Positions 26,098 to 35,837 of a DNA stretch of 40,935 nucleotides are shown one piece after another. The position numbers and the translations under genes are program-made. How positions within the stretch are numbered: the first letter of the stretch is position 1; the number at the start of each line of letters is the position of its first letter. The notes under the pieces are model-generated. The model was given only the letters and a program-made list of their open reading frames with translations. It did no database searches and was not told the DNA's origin. This DNA is from a virus (Duplodnaviria; Caudoviricetes), in IMG/VR virus record IMGVR_UViG_3300048849_000161, positions 1 through 40,935 of that record. One strand, 5' to 3'.

Positions 26098-26619
26098 ATG
26101 AAGATCGTACAGTCCGGCGAACCGATTGGAGAAGTCCTCTCACTTGCCCTCGCCAAACAGCATTGCCGTGTTCGTCATTCCGATGATGACGCGGTGATCC
26201 AGCAATACATCGACGCCGCCGTGGACTGGGTGGAAGAGGCTTGCCAGACGGTTTTCCTCGAAACTCAATTCACGGCGACGGGCGATGGCTTCGAACTCGA
26301 TTTCGCCCGGTATCCCAACTCGGTCATTTCCACCATCACCTACACCGACCCGCTAGGCGTTGCCGGCAGCGTGGCGGTCTGGGAAATCAGGGACGGCAAG
26401 CTGTATGTCGAAGATCAGCCCGAGGTTTCGACGGTTTCCGTGGTTTTCGACGCGGGGCTGGGTGCAGGCAATATTCCGCCGAAGCTCATCCAAGCCGCGC
26501 TGATGCTGACGGCAAGCTTCTACCTCCAGAGGGCTGATCTGACGTCGGATCCAGCCAACAGCGTGCCGATGGGCGTCCGCGCCATGATCTCCCATCACCG
26601 GAGCTTTGCATTCGCATGA
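26098..26619 (+). CDS. Head-tail connector (gp6-like)
   Basis: LSLALAKQHCRVRHSDDD, IQAALMLTASFYLQR. Confidence 0.88.
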   Translation: MKIVQSGEPIGEVLSLALAKQHCRVRHSDDDAVIQQYIDAAVDWVEEACQTVFLETQFTATGDGFELDFARYPNSVISTITYTDPLGVAGSVAVWEIRDGKLYVEDQPEVSTVSVVFDAGLGAGNIPPKLIQAALMLTASFYLQRADLTSDPANSVPMGVRAMISHHRSFAFA

Positions 26620-26960
26620 TGGACATCGGAAAGCTCGATTATCTCGTGGTGTTTGAGGAGCCCGGAGTCGTCGTAGACGACGGCTATGGAAACACGACAC
26701 AGGGCTGGGGCAACCCGGTGACCGCCGACGCCGCCTTCATGTTCCTCCGTGGCGGCGAGACGGTTCAGGCATCGCGCCTTGCCGGTCGCCAGCCGATCGT
26801 CGTCACGGTCCACGACACGACCCAGACAAGGGCGGTCAATACCAGTTGGCGCCTCCGGAACGCCCGCACGGGCGAGATCTACAACATCCGCAGCGGGCCC
26901 GTCCCGACCGACAATCACCAATACGTCGAGTTCACCGTCGAGAGCGGCGTGGCCGCGTAG
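26616..26960 (+). CDS. Head closure / head-tail adaptor
   Basis: IGKLD, DDGYGN, GGETVQASRLAGRQP, YNIRS. Confidence 0.85.
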   Translation: MMDIGKLDYLVVFEEPGVVVDDGYGNTTQGWGNPVTADAAFMFLRGGETVQASRLAGRQPIVVTVHDTTQTRAVNTSWRLRNARTGEIYNIRSGPVPTDNHQYVEFTVESGVAA

Positions 26961-26970
26961 GAGGCAGAAG

Positions 26971-27156
26971 ATGGCAAGAGTGCGGTTCACCCACGACTTC
27001 GACTACAAGCCCTCCAGCCAGGTGACGATCGTCTACAGGGCTGGAATGGAAAAGACGGTCAAGCGGGAATGCGCGGACAAGGCTATCGCCGCGGGCAAGG
27101 CTGTGTCTCTCGATGACCAGCTGGCGTCTGGACGGTTTGATGAAGGTCAAAGCTAA
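26971..27156 (+). CDS. Small virion-region protein
   Basis: SD AGGAGG; MARVRFTHDFDYKP...AIAAGKA. Confidence 0.75.
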   Translation: MARVRFTHDFDYKPSSQVTIVYRAGMEKTVKRECADKAIAAGKAVSLDDQLASGRFDEGQS

Positions 27157-27565
27157 GTTTCTCAGCCGCGACCAGACCATGCGGCTGCTGAACGGGATCG
27201 TGCCGGAAGCCGAGAAGGAACTGGCAAAGGCGCAACTCGACGGCGCGCAGTCGGTAGCGAACAAGATCAAGCCTCGTGCTCCAGGACCGCGGACGGGCGC
27301 CTATCAGGCCAGCATCCAAGCCGACAAGCTTGCGAATAGGCCGAAGGAGCGCGCGGTCGGCGGTGGGGCATCCAATAGCAACACCAAAGACCCGAACGCG
27401 ACCGGCGTCTTCGCTGATTACATCTGGCGTTTCCTGGAATTTGGGACGGTCAAGATGGCGAAGAAGCCGCACTTCTTCCCGACCTGGCGCCAAGAGCGGA
27501 AGCGCGTCCGGCGCAACATGGCGGCAGCTGTCCGCAAGGCAGTTAAGAAGGCGAAGAGCAAGTAA
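27140..27565 (+). CDS. HK97 gp10-like tail completion protein
   Basis: AP..TGAYQASI, WRFLEFGTVKMAKKPHFFP. Confidence 0.85.
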   Translation: MKVKAKFLSRDQTMRLLNGIVPEAEKELAKAQLDGAQSVANKIKPRAPGPRTGAYQASIQADKLANRPKERAVGGGASNSNTKDPNATGVFADYIWRFLEFGTVKMAKKPHFFPTWRQERKRVRRNMAAAVRKAVKKAKSK

Positions 27566-27566
27566 G

Positions 27567-27971
27567 ATGGCATCACCCAGCCTAGAGATCCAAGGCGCCA
27601 TTGTGGCCCGCCTGAAGGCGACTGCTGCTGTCACGGCTCTCGTCGGCCCCCGTGTCTATGACAGCGTGCCGGCCGGCGCCAGCTTCCCGTACATCACTCT
27701 TGGCGAGGGCGACGAGACGAGTGACGACGTGGATTGCGTCGATGGCTTCGAGATCTCGCTCGATATTGACGTCTGGTCCCGGAAGCCAGGATTTCCGGAA
27801 GCCAAGCAGATCGCCAATGAGATCCGGAACGCTCTCAAGAACCCGCCGCTCTCCATCAGCAACAATGCGCTGGTCTATTTCAACCACCGGCAGACGCGGA
27901 CATTCCGCGACCCGGATGGGGTCACTTCGCACGCCGTCCTGACGTTCGAAGCCTTCGCAGAACAACCATAA
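27567..27971 (+). CDS. Tail terminator (DUF3168)
   Basis: LVGPRVYDSVP..FPYITLG, IDVWSR, DPDGVTSHAV. Confidence 0.88.
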   Translation: MASPSLEIQGAIVARLKATAAVTALVGPRVYDSVPAGASFPYITLGEGDETSDDVDCVDGFEISLDIDVWSRKPGFPEAKQIANEIRNALKNPPLSISNNALVYFNHRQTRTFRDPDGVTSHAVLTFEAFAEQP

Positions 27972-27993
27972 CCCGCCATCACAGGAGATTTCC

Positions 27994-28443
27994 ATGGCTG
28001 AGCCTGTAACCATCAAGGGCGGGAAGATCCGCGTCCTGCTCGAAAGCACCACGACGCCCGGCACTTATGCCGCGCCGTGCGGCTTCACCTCACGGAACGT
28101 GACCCTGAACAAAGCGCTGAACGATTTCCAGCTTCCTGATTGCGACGATCCGGACGCCGTTTCGTGGCTTGGCCGGGATGCCTCCTCGCTCTCGATGAGC
28201 GTTAGTGGCGAGGGTGTCCTCGCTTCGGAGAGCGTCGAGACCTGGCTTGATGCCTGGGAAGACGTTGACTCCATCGGCGTCCGCATCGAGTGGGAATTCC
28301 CTGCGAAAACCATCTCGTGGCTCGGCAAGATGCACGTCGAGACCTTTGAAGTCGGCGCGCCGAACGGGGAGCGTGCAACGGCGAACGTCTCGCTGCAGAG
28401 CGATGGCGAAATGGTCCGCACCGTCACGCCGGCGACCCCGTAA
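27994..28443 (+). CDS. Major tail tube protein
   Basis: APCGFTS, PDCDDPD, SVSGEGV, VSLQSDGE. Confidence 0.88.
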   Translation: MAEPVTIKGGKIRVLLESTTTPGTYAAPCGFTSRNVTLNKALNDFQLPDCDDPDAVSWLGRDASSLSMSVSGEGVLASESVETWLDAWEDVDSIGVRIEWEFPAKTISWLGKMHVETFEVGAPNGERATANVSLQSDGEMVRTVTPATP

Positions 28444-28856
28444 TGAGCAGGGACGGTTCCTGCACAGCGCCCTTCAACGGGCAGATGATGCCTTTCAAGT
28501 TGGCATGGCGCGAGCTGATGAAGATCCAAGAGGCCTGCGATGCTGGCCCCTATGTGGTGCTTGATCGGCTAGTTTCCGGCCGCTGGCGGCTTCAGGACAT
28601 CTCTGAGGTCATCAAGTGGGGGCTGATCGGCGCGGGTATGCCGCAGGGTGAGGCCTTGAAGTTGGTCGCGACTGAGGTGGAAGGGCGGCGCCCCCTCGAA
28701 AACCTCGTGATCGCCCAGACTGTCCTCGGCGCCGGCGTCATCGGCGCTCCGGAGGAAGACGTCGGAAAAAAATCCGAGGCGGCAAGTCAGGAAAAGCGGA
28801 AGCCCCGCTCCCGAACGGGAAGCTCCGGTTTGCCGCCATCATCGGAAACGGCATAG
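28443..28856 (+). CDS. Tail assembly chaperone (GTA-gp10-like, gpG analogue)
   Basis: Between tail tube and tape measure genes; EVIKWGLIGAG. Confidence 0.82.
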   Translation: MSRDGSCTAPFNGQMMPFKLAWRELMKIQEACDAGPYVVLDRLVSGRWRLQDISEVIKWGLIGAGMPQGEALKLVATEVEGRRPLENLVIAQTVLGAGVIGAPEEDVGKKSEAASQEKRKPRSRTGSSGLPPSSETA

Positions 28857-29008
28857 CGATGGGAATGGCGCCGGCCGAAACGCTGGCATGTTCCGTCTTC
28901 GAATACCTGGCCGCCTTGGATGGCTTCGCTGAAGCCAATGATCCCGATGGCGATAAGCGCCTCTCCGAGCAGGAGAAGGACGATCTCTGGGCCTTCATTT
29001 CAAGGTAA
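28764..29008 (+). CDS. -1 frameshift extension of tail assembly chaperone (gpGT analogue)
   Basis: Slippery GGA AAA AAA at 28764-28772; -1 frame open to TAA at 29008 (..LRFAAIIGNGIAMG..SVFEYLAALDGF..). Confidence 0.8.
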
Positions 29009-29014
29009 TCTCTC

Positions 29015-31489
29015 ATGGCGACTGACAACGAACAGCTGGTGCTCAGCATCAGCGCTGACACGCGCCAGATCCAGCGCCAGTTAAAGACGCTCATCGGTCA
29101 GACCCAGCGCGACACCAAGGCAATCGAGAGCGCCTTCGTCGGTATCGACCGGGCGGCGTCGGGCGCATTCACCGGCGTGGCGGCCAACAGCAATCGAGCT
29201 TTCGGTGCCGCTTCCAATGGAGCTCGCCAGCTTGAGCAGGCCATGAAGGGGTCCCGGATCCAGACCTCAAACCTTGCTGCGCAGTTCAACGATATTGGCG
29301 TGCAGCTGGCCGGCGGACAATCCCCGTTTCTGATTGCGCTTCAGCAGGGAACGCAGATCACGCAGGCCCTCGGCCCCGGCGCCGGTTTGCGGGGCACCGT
29401 GGCCGCTCTCGGTGGCGCATTCGTGTCACTGCTCAATCCGGTCTCCCTTGCCACCATCGCCACAATCGCACTCGGTGGTGCAGCTGTTCAGTATTTCAGC
29501 GAGTGGCTGAGCGATGGAAAGAAGACGAGCGCGGAGATCGAAAAACAGGCCGCGCTCGTTCAGAAGGTCGCCGACAAGTATGGCGTGGCCGTCCCGGCGC
29601 TGCGGGAATATGCGGATGAACTTCAGCGCGCGGCCGATGCTGCTGAGCGCCTCGAAGCCCTTCAGGCCACACGGGGGAACGTCACAGAGGGCTTTGCAGA
29701 GGAGTTCGATCGGACCACGCAATCCATTCTCGACATCGTCAGCGCAGTCCCCGACGCCAACCGCGAATTCGGTGTGCTTGCCTCCAAGATCAAGTCCAAC
29801 TCGCAGACAGCGGACGACTTCCAGCGCGTTATCGAGGCTCTAAACCAGGCGCTGGAGCAGACCGGTTCTGAAGCCGTGCGATCGGCAATCCGGGAACTGG
29901 AAGGTCTGCAGAAAGCATCGGAGAGAACGTCTCAAACCCTGTCGGACATCGACGGCAACATGAAAGCCGTCACGTTGACCATGGGGCAGTTCGGCGATCT
30001 GGCTGCGCGCTTGACCAGCCAGATGCTCGGGCTGGGAGACACCGGCGCTGGCGCGATTAAGCAGATCGCGGACGCGGTCGGCTCATACCTTGGTCCGGCC
30101 ATGCGTAACGCATCCGGCATACTCGACACGATGGGCAAAACGCTTGACAGCGTGGGCAAGTCTCAGGGCTCGGCGGCTGGCCTCATCAAGGGGTTCGAAG
30201 GCTTCAGAACCAACGCATATTTTGACGTCAATGCTTACCGCACAGGCTATGGCAGCGACACGACGACCCGTGCGGACGGGACCATCGAGAAAGTCACGAA
30301 GGACACGATCGTTACGCTCGAAGATGCCGAGCGGGATCTCTCCCGGCGGATCGTTGAGTTCCAGAGCGGCATCCAGAAGGCCATCGGTATCGACACCTGG
30401 AGGAGCCTTTCAGAAGGTCAGCAGGCTGCCCTGACGTCCATTGCCTACAACTATGGTTCGCTTCCTGACAGTATCGTCAAGGCGATCCAGGGTGGCGGTG
30501 GGCCGGAGAAGGTGGCCAATGCGATTGCGGCCCTGACAGCCAATCCCGGCCGGCGCAAGCAGGAGGCACAGTCCTACCTGACCGGAACCGGCATCTCCAT
30601 GTCGGAAGCGGGCCTCGGCAACAGGAAGACGCCTCAGGAACTGTTCCAAGGCGATGTCGAGCAGGTGCAAAAGAGGATCGATGTCCTCAACGCCGAATAC
30701 GAGGCGCAGTCACGGCTAGGCCCGCTGATCAACGACTACGGCTATGCGGTCGAGAAAGCGAAGATCCAGCAGCAGCTGCTTTCCGAGGCGCAGCGAGCCG
30801 GGCTGGAGATCACGCCTGAAATCGCCGCGAGCATCGGCACACTGGCAGAAAACTACGCTCGTGCATCATCGGCAAGCGAGCAGCTTCAGGCGTCGCAGCA
30901 GAACGCGGCGCGTGCAGCGGAAGACTTCAAGTCGACTGCGAAAGACGTCACCAGCGGGTTCATCAGCGATCTGCGCAATGGCGTCTCCGCAGCAGATGCT
31001 TTGGCGAATGCTCTGGACAAGGTCGTCGACAAGTTGCTGGACGTGGCGCTGAACAGCGTATTCGGCATCGGCGGCAAGGGGCCAAGCTTGCTAGGTGGCG
31101 GCGGCAAAGGCGGTCTTCTCGGCGGCTCAATCATTCCGGGTATCCTTCATTCCGGCGGCGTTGCGGGTCGGGATGGTTATGGGCATGGCCGGTCCGTGTC
31201 TCCGTCAGTATTCGCTGGCGCGAAGCGCTACCACACCGGCGGCATTGCTGGGCTGCAGCCGGGCGAGGTGCCGGCCATCCTGCAGCGCGGCGAAATGGTG
31301 CTGCCACGCGGTTCCAAGATCGGGTCAGGGGGCGGGTCCTACGCTCCAACCTACAACATCGATGCCCGCGGGGCAGATCAGGCAGCCGTTGCCCGTCTTG
31401 AGCGCGGCCTTGCCGATCGAGACAGGACGGAAAGCAAGCGCGTAGCCGGCTACAACCAGCGCAGCCAGGTCAGGAAAGTGCGGCCGTAG
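29015..31489 (+). CDS. Tape measure protein with internal lysozyme-like domain
   Basis: NLAAQFNDIGVQLAGGQSPFLIALQQGTQI N-terminal motif; A/G-rich helical body; IKGFEGFR..AYFD..TGYG..RRKQEA insert. Confidence 0.93.
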   Translation: MATDNEQLVLSISADTRQIQRQLKTLIGQTQRDTKAIESAFVGIDRAASGAFTGVAANSNRAFGAASNGARQLEQAMKGSRIQTSNLAAQFNDIGVQLAGGQSPFLIALQQGTQITQALGPGAGLRGTVAALGGAFVSLLNPVSLATIATIALGGAAVQYFSEWLSDGKKTSAEIEKQAALVQKVADKYGVAVPALREYADELQRAADAAERLEALQATRGNVTEGFAEEFDRTTQSILDIVSAVPDANREFGVLASKIKSNSQTADDFQRVIEALNQALEQTGSEAVRSAIRELEGLQKASERTSQTLSDIDGNMKAVTLTMGQFGDLAARLTSQMLGLGDTGAGAIKQIADAVGSYLGPAMRNASGILDTMGKTLDSVGKSQGSAAGLIKGFEGFRTNAYFDVNAYRTGYGSDTTTRADGTIEKVTKDTIVTLEDAERDLSRRIVEFQSGIQKAIGIDTWRSLSEGQQAALTSIAYNYGSLPDSIVKAIQGGGGPEKVANAIAALTANPGRRKQEAQSYLTGTGISMSEAGLGNRKTPQELFQGDVEQVQKRIDVLNAEYEAQSRLGPLINDYGYAVEKAKIQQQLLSEAQRAGLEITPEIAASIGTLAENYARASSASEQLQASQQNAARAAEDFKSTAKDVTSGFISDLRNGVSAADALANALDKVVDKLLDVALNSVFGIGGKGPSLLGGGGKGGLLGGSIIPGILHSGGVAGRDGYGHGRSVSPSVFAGAKRYHTGGIAGLQPGEVPAILQRGEMVLPRGSKIGSGGGSYAPTYNIDARGADQAAVARLERGLADRDRTESKRVAGYNQRSQVRKVRP

Positions 31490-31507
31490 CCGCCAACACG
31501 GTGGATT

Positions 31508-32230
31508 ATGGCAAGACTACTATCATGGCCCGTCGGACTGCGCTGGAACCGTTGGAAGTGGCTGTCCGGCCCTGAATCGGTCGGTGCATCCAACAGCACG
31601 ACGATCGGCGATTTTACGCAGACGGTGGCAACCCCGTTTGGCGCTCGTCATGTCCAACTGAGCTTCCCGCCCATGCGCGGACAGGCGGCAAGGCGAGCGC
31701 GCGGCTTGGTCACGGCCCTGCACAAAGGCGCCAATGCCGTGCGGGTTTCTATGTGCGACTGGGACGGCATGACCCTCGTCGAGGCCGGCGTGAATGCCAC
31801 CAAACTGCAGACGCAACAGGGCATGCCTTGGAATACCGGAGTGCCGTGGGACAACGGCGAGAACTGGAAAATCACGAAGCCGAACGTCCCTGTTGCGGAC
31901 GCCGCGGCCTTCAATTCGACCATTATCCATTTGCCAGACTATTTCTGGGGCCGTCGCCTTGGGATGGGTGACTGGTTGGGTTTCTTCCCGTTCCACTTCG
32001 GTCTCTACGAGGTGACGGAGGTTCTTGGCGACGGCCGCTACCGGATCTGGCCACCATTGCGGAAGGCTGTACCGGCGGGAGACTTCGCCACCCTGTATCC
32101 GGTGATGGCCATGCGACTGAAAGCCGACAACCTGCCGGACGCTGACAGGGGCGCCGTCTTTCTGGAAGGGCTTACGATCTCGCTGTTTGAGGTGTTCGAC
32201 TATGACGCCCGCGACTACTTCAATGATTGA
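31508..32230 (+). CDS. Distal tail (Dit-like) protein
   Basis: Follows TMP; IWPPLRKAV motif. Confidence 0.65.
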   Translation: MARLLSWPVGLRWNRWKWLSGPESVGASNSTTIGDFTQTVATPFGARHVQLSFPPMRGQAARRARGLVTALHKGANAVRVSMCDWDGMTLVEAGVNATKLQTQQGMPWNTGVPWDNGENWKITKPNVPVADAAAFNSTIIHLPDYFWGRRLGMGDWLGFFPFHFGLYEVTEVLGDGRYRIWPPLRKAVPAGDFATLYPVMAMRLKADNLPDADRGAVFLEGLTISLFEVFDYDARDYFND

Positions 32231-32438
32231 TCGTACCGCCGAAGAGGTTGTGGCGATGAAGCGCCGCGACCTCGCTGCCATCCATGCCGCAGAAATGCAC
32301 GCGGCGCTGTTCTCCCGCCCCGGCGTTCCAGACGACGAGTTGACCGAAGACGAGAAGGCCGCGACACAGTTGGCCGTGCGCGAGGTTGTCATGCGCCATC
32401 GCGCCGAGCTGAAGGCGTGGACTGCAGCTAACGGCTGA
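32223..32438 (+). CDS. Small hypothetical protein within tail operon
   Basis: Start MIDRTAEE overlapping upstream stop. Confidence 0.55.
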   Translation: MIDRTAEEVVAMKRRDLAAIHAAEMHAALFSRPGVPDDELTEDEKAATQLAVREVVMRHRAELKAWTAANG

Positions 32439-32456
32439 CCAATTCAAGGAACACCG

Positions 32457-33038
32457 ATGGCCAATCTCTTCTCAGCCGAGGCGCGGGAATTCCTGCGTCG
32501 GCCGCACATCTCGCGTGTCTGGTTCGTTGAACTGGACCTGCCGTCAGGCATCACGCGCATGCACAGCGGTGCCGGCCGTGTAGTCGTCGACGGCCACGAA
32601 TGGCGCGGCATTACGGATCCTGGCGGCAACCAGCTTGTGTCGGTCGGCGCGGTAGAGGAGCCACGTTTCGGTGTTGCGGCAAAGCTAGACATCGTCATCT
32701 CCGGCGTGAACGTGGACCTGCTCCGCTACATCAAGGACACAGCCAGGGCCATCGAGGGCCGCGGCGCCACCGTCTACTGGGGCGCATTCGATCAGGAGAC
32801 CGCAGAGCCATGGGGCGAGGGGCTGAAGGCTCTTTGGCCCGGCAGGCTTTCGTCGCCCGTTATCCGATGGGCAGGCACTGGCGTCCGCACAATCTCATTC
32901 GCCATTGAGGGGCCGTGGCAAAGCCAGAGCTTCCAGTTCGGCGGCAAGTGGAACCCGGCAGACCAACGGCGCCGCTACCCCGGCGACAAGGGCCTGGATT
33001 TCGTCGGCGTCAAGGTACAGGAGCTCATCAAGGCATGA
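32457..33038 (+). CDS. Minor tail / hub protein
   Basis: ADQRRRYPGDKGLDFV C-terminal motif; tail-tip position. Confidence 0.75.
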   Translation: MANLFSAEAREFLRRPHISRVWFVELDLPSGITRMHSGAGRVVVDGHEWRGITDPGGNQLVSVGAVEEPRFGVAAKLDIVISGVNVDLLRYIKDTARAIEGRGATVYWGAFDQETAEPWGEGLKALWPGRLSSPVIRWAGTGVRTISFAIEGPWQSQSFQFGGKWNPADQRRRYPGDKGLDFVGVKVQELIKA

Positions 33039-33256
33039 CCCCTAATTACGATTTGCAGCGAAAGCTTCTGTTCTGCCCGCTGTGCGGCAAGAACGTACTT
33101 GGACCAACGGCGAGGGATATCGTTGTTGGCCATTATACCTGTGGCTATTGCGCCGAAGAGATCAAGGTAGGCCGCGAAGAATTAGCTGACCTTGTCGTCT
33201 CTCTGATGGTCCGCGTGGACGATCTGGAAGAGGCACTGGATAGAGGTGACCAGTGA
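33035..33256 (+). CDS. Small Zn-ribbon protein within tail operon
   Basis: CPLCG...CGYC; ATGA/GTGA overlaps at both ends. Confidence 0.6.
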   Translation: MTPNYDLQRKLLFCPLCGKNVLGPTARDIVVGHYTCGYCAEEIKVGREELADLVVSLMVRVDDLEEALDRGDQ

Positions 33257-33672
33257 CGGGCGGTTATGACATTGCTGCTGCTGCCAACGCCTACGCAGAG
33301 GCCTCCCTTGGCCAGCCCATGGTGTGGGGCGAAAGCGACTGCACCAGTTGGGCGGCCCGATGGGTTGAGCAAGTGGCGGGACGTCCGGTCCCTATGCCGC
33401 GCTGGAAGTCCAGGGACGAGGCGCTGTCACTCATTTCCGCCGCCGGTAGCCTTGAGGCTCTGTGGTCTCCGGCTCTTGAGGACTACGGCCTGCGGGAGCG
33501 ATACGGCGACCCACAGCCCGGCGACGTCGGGATAATCAAGACACACGTCTTCCCGCAGATCGGCGGCATCTTCTTGGCGCACGGGCTTTTTGCCTGGCGA
33601 GCCGAGCCTCACGGCGCGCGCTTGCTGCACCCGCGTCCACGCACGATTATCAAGGTTTGGGCTGTCCAGTGA
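33253..33672 (+). CDS. NlpC/P60-like tail-associated protein (DUF6950-like)
   Basis: WGESDCTSW, PQPGDVG. Confidence 0.75.
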   Translation: MTGGYDIAAAANAYAEASLGQPMVWGESDCTSWAARWVEQVAGRPVPMPRWKSRDEALSLISAAGSLEALWSPALEDYGLRERYGDPQPGDVGIIKTHVFPQIGGIFLAHGLFAWRAEPHGARLLHPRPRTIIKVWAVQ

Positions 33673-35816
33673 AGCTTATCAAATTGCTGATGCTGTCCGG
33701 CGCGTGCTACGCGGCGATGACGGCTGCTGCGCACGCTGAACCTATCAGCTTCAGTATTTTCAGCGCCCTTTATGCGATCGGGATTCCCGGCGCCATCGCC
33801 AATGCCATTTCGCTCATTGCTATTCCGGCTCTTGCGATCGGCGCTTCGTTCCTTGGGCGTCCGAAGGCTCCGTCTATCAAGGCCAGCGATGCCAAGAGCA
33901 CCTTCGAATCCAGCGAAGCGCAGGTGATGGAGGGGATCGGCCGCGTTCGCGTCGGTGGTCTGCAGGCGTTCGGCAATTCGGACGGCTCCACCCGTGCCCG
34001 GCTTGTCTGCCGGCTGCAGGGTCCGATCGACGCGGTAGAGGAATACTATATCGGCGGCCGTGAAGTCACCGTGGACCCGAATGGCGACGTGAGTTCACCG
34101 CCATGGGCACGTCCCGGCGGCTCGTGGTGCAACTGGCAGGACAAGAAGGGCGACGGTAGCGAGACCTCTTGGTCGTCCCTGTCGTCGCTGTTTCCGACTC
34201 TGTGGACTGCTGACCACCGCCTTCGTGGAATCGCCCAGACACTCACCATTTGGTACAACCCAGGCCTCTCGGAAGACAAGTATTTCACCCTTTACCAGGG
34301 CGGCATCCCGAACACGGAGCAGGTTGTCCGGGCGTCCAAGATCTACGATCCGCGCACCGGCCTGACGGCATGGTCAGACAATGGCGTGCTCGCTTGCGCG
34401 CATGTGTTGAGACGGGATCCAGCCTTTGCCTTCGACATGTTCGATTGGACGCTTATCGCCGCCGAAGCCAACAAGGCGGACGTGGTGGTTGGCACCAAGA
34501 CGGGCACGGAGAAGCGTGCTCGTGCTTGGGGCATCTGGGGATGGGAGACGTCCCGAGACGATGTGATGCAGCAGCTCATGAACTCCGTAGGGGTGGAGCT
34601 TCGCGTCACGAACGAAGGCAAGATCTGGTTTCAGCTCATCGACGACGCACTGACATCCGAGATTTCATTCGGTCCTGAGGACGACGTCGAGGTGACTTGG
34701 CGAAGCGGTCCTGAGGCCGTTGAGCGCCCCAACATCTGTCGCGTTACCTACTACTCACCGGAACGCAATTACGAGTCTGCCGAGATCAATCTCGACGGCA
34801 TCGCATGGGCCGTCGACGAGACAGAGCTCGAGCTGTACGGGCCAAAGTACCTCGACATCGACCTGCCGTTCTGCCCGTCGGCTAGTCAGGCGCAACGCAT
34901 CGCTCGCCGCAAGTTTGCACAGGCTCGCGGCGACACAGGCGTCATAACCACCGACATGATCGGCCTAGCCGCCTGGGGCTTGCTCTATGGGCAGATCACG
35001 CTGCCTGACCTAGGCGATGTTTTGCCGGCAAGGCTTGAGGCGCCGCGCATCGACGACGATCAGGGAACGGTTGAAATTCCGTTCTCGGTCTGGCCGACGC
35101 TAACGGCGTGGAACCCAGCCGTTGATGAGGCTGTCGCTCCTGAGGTTGTTCCGGAATTCGGATTCGAGACCGACATGATAACTCCTGGGCCTCCCACTGC
35201 AGTTGTGCAGGTGACGTTCCCGGGCGGCGAGAAAGAGGTGAGGGTTGGCTTCGGCTTGCCGGTTCAGCCGTTCGATTCTGTCGAGTGCACCTATCGCGCT
35301 TACGTCGACGGACTGCCGACCACTTGGAACGGGATGACCGAATATCCCGACCCTCCGAACATTACCCACGCCTTTGTGGCCGGCAACCTTCTTGGCGTCA
35401 CGATCGACGCGCGTGTGCGGGTCTTCTCAGGCGACGAGGGGAGCTATTATTCGCCTCTCTTGCACGCCACCGTTGTCGAGAACGACACGCCGCCAGTTGC
35501 TCCGTCCCTTGTCAGTGGCGGGGTATCTGTCACCGCGCCGTCGGCCATGCTCAATGCTGTTGTGATGATTGGCGAGCTACACGTCGTTATGCTTCAGCTT
35601 GAGCAGCGCACAAAGCCGGCCGCCGGATCATTCACCGCCTGGTCTACGGTTTCCCAGCAAAACTCCCGACCCGGACTCGCGCACACATTCACTGACACGC
35701 GCACGTTCTCTTCATCGGGCGGAAATGCTGAGTGGCGCATTCGCGCCTACACCAGCGGCGGCATAGGCGGAAGCGCATACCTGAACTTTTCGGCGTCCGT
35801 TCCAAGCACGCTTTAA
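33669..35816 (+). CDS. Tail tip / central fibre protein (J-like)
   Basis: GRVRVGG, KIYDPRTG..AWSDN, SQAQRIAR; C-terminal beta-rich domains. Confidence 0.82.
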   Translation: MKLIKLLMLSGACYAAMTAAAHAEPISFSIFSALYAIGIPGAIANAISLIAIPALAIGASFLGRPKAPSIKASDAKSTFESSEAQVMEGIGRVRVGGLQAFGNSDGSTRARLVCRLQGPIDAVEEYYIGGREVTVDPNGDVSSPPWARPGGSWCNWQDKKGDGSETSWSSLSSLFPTLWTADHRLRGIAQTLTIWYNPGLSEDKYFTLYQGGIPNTEQVVRASKIYDPRTGLTAWSDNGVLACAHVLRRDPAFAFDMFDWTLIAAEANKADVVVGTKTGTEKRARAWGIWGWETSRDDVMQQLMNSVGVELRVTNEGKIWFQLIDDALTSEISFGPEDDVEVTWRSGPEAVERPNICRVTYYSPERNYESAEINLDGIAWAVDETELELYGPKYLDIDLPFCPSASQAQRIARRKFAQARGDTGVITTDMIGLAAWGLLYGQITLPDLGDVLPARLEAPRIDDDQGTVEIPFSVWPTLTAWNPAVDEAVAPEVVPEFGFETDMITPGPPTAVVQVTFPGGEKEVRVGFGLPVQPFDSVECTYRAYVDGLPTTWNGMTEYPDPPNITHAFVAGNLLGVTIDARVRVFSGDEGSYYSPLLHATVVENDTPPVAPSLVSGGVSVTAPSAMLNAVVMIGELHVVMLQLEQRTKPAAGSFTAWSTVSQQNSRPGLAHTFTDTRTFSSSGGNAEWRIRAYTSGGIGGSAYLNFSASVPSTL

Positions 35817-35837
35817 GCCACGCAAAGGAAAGCATCT

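Noticed and set aside
23068-26156. Long minus-strand ORFs (340, 288, 424 aa)
   Set aside because: Antisense to portal, protease and capsid; a result of codon bias.
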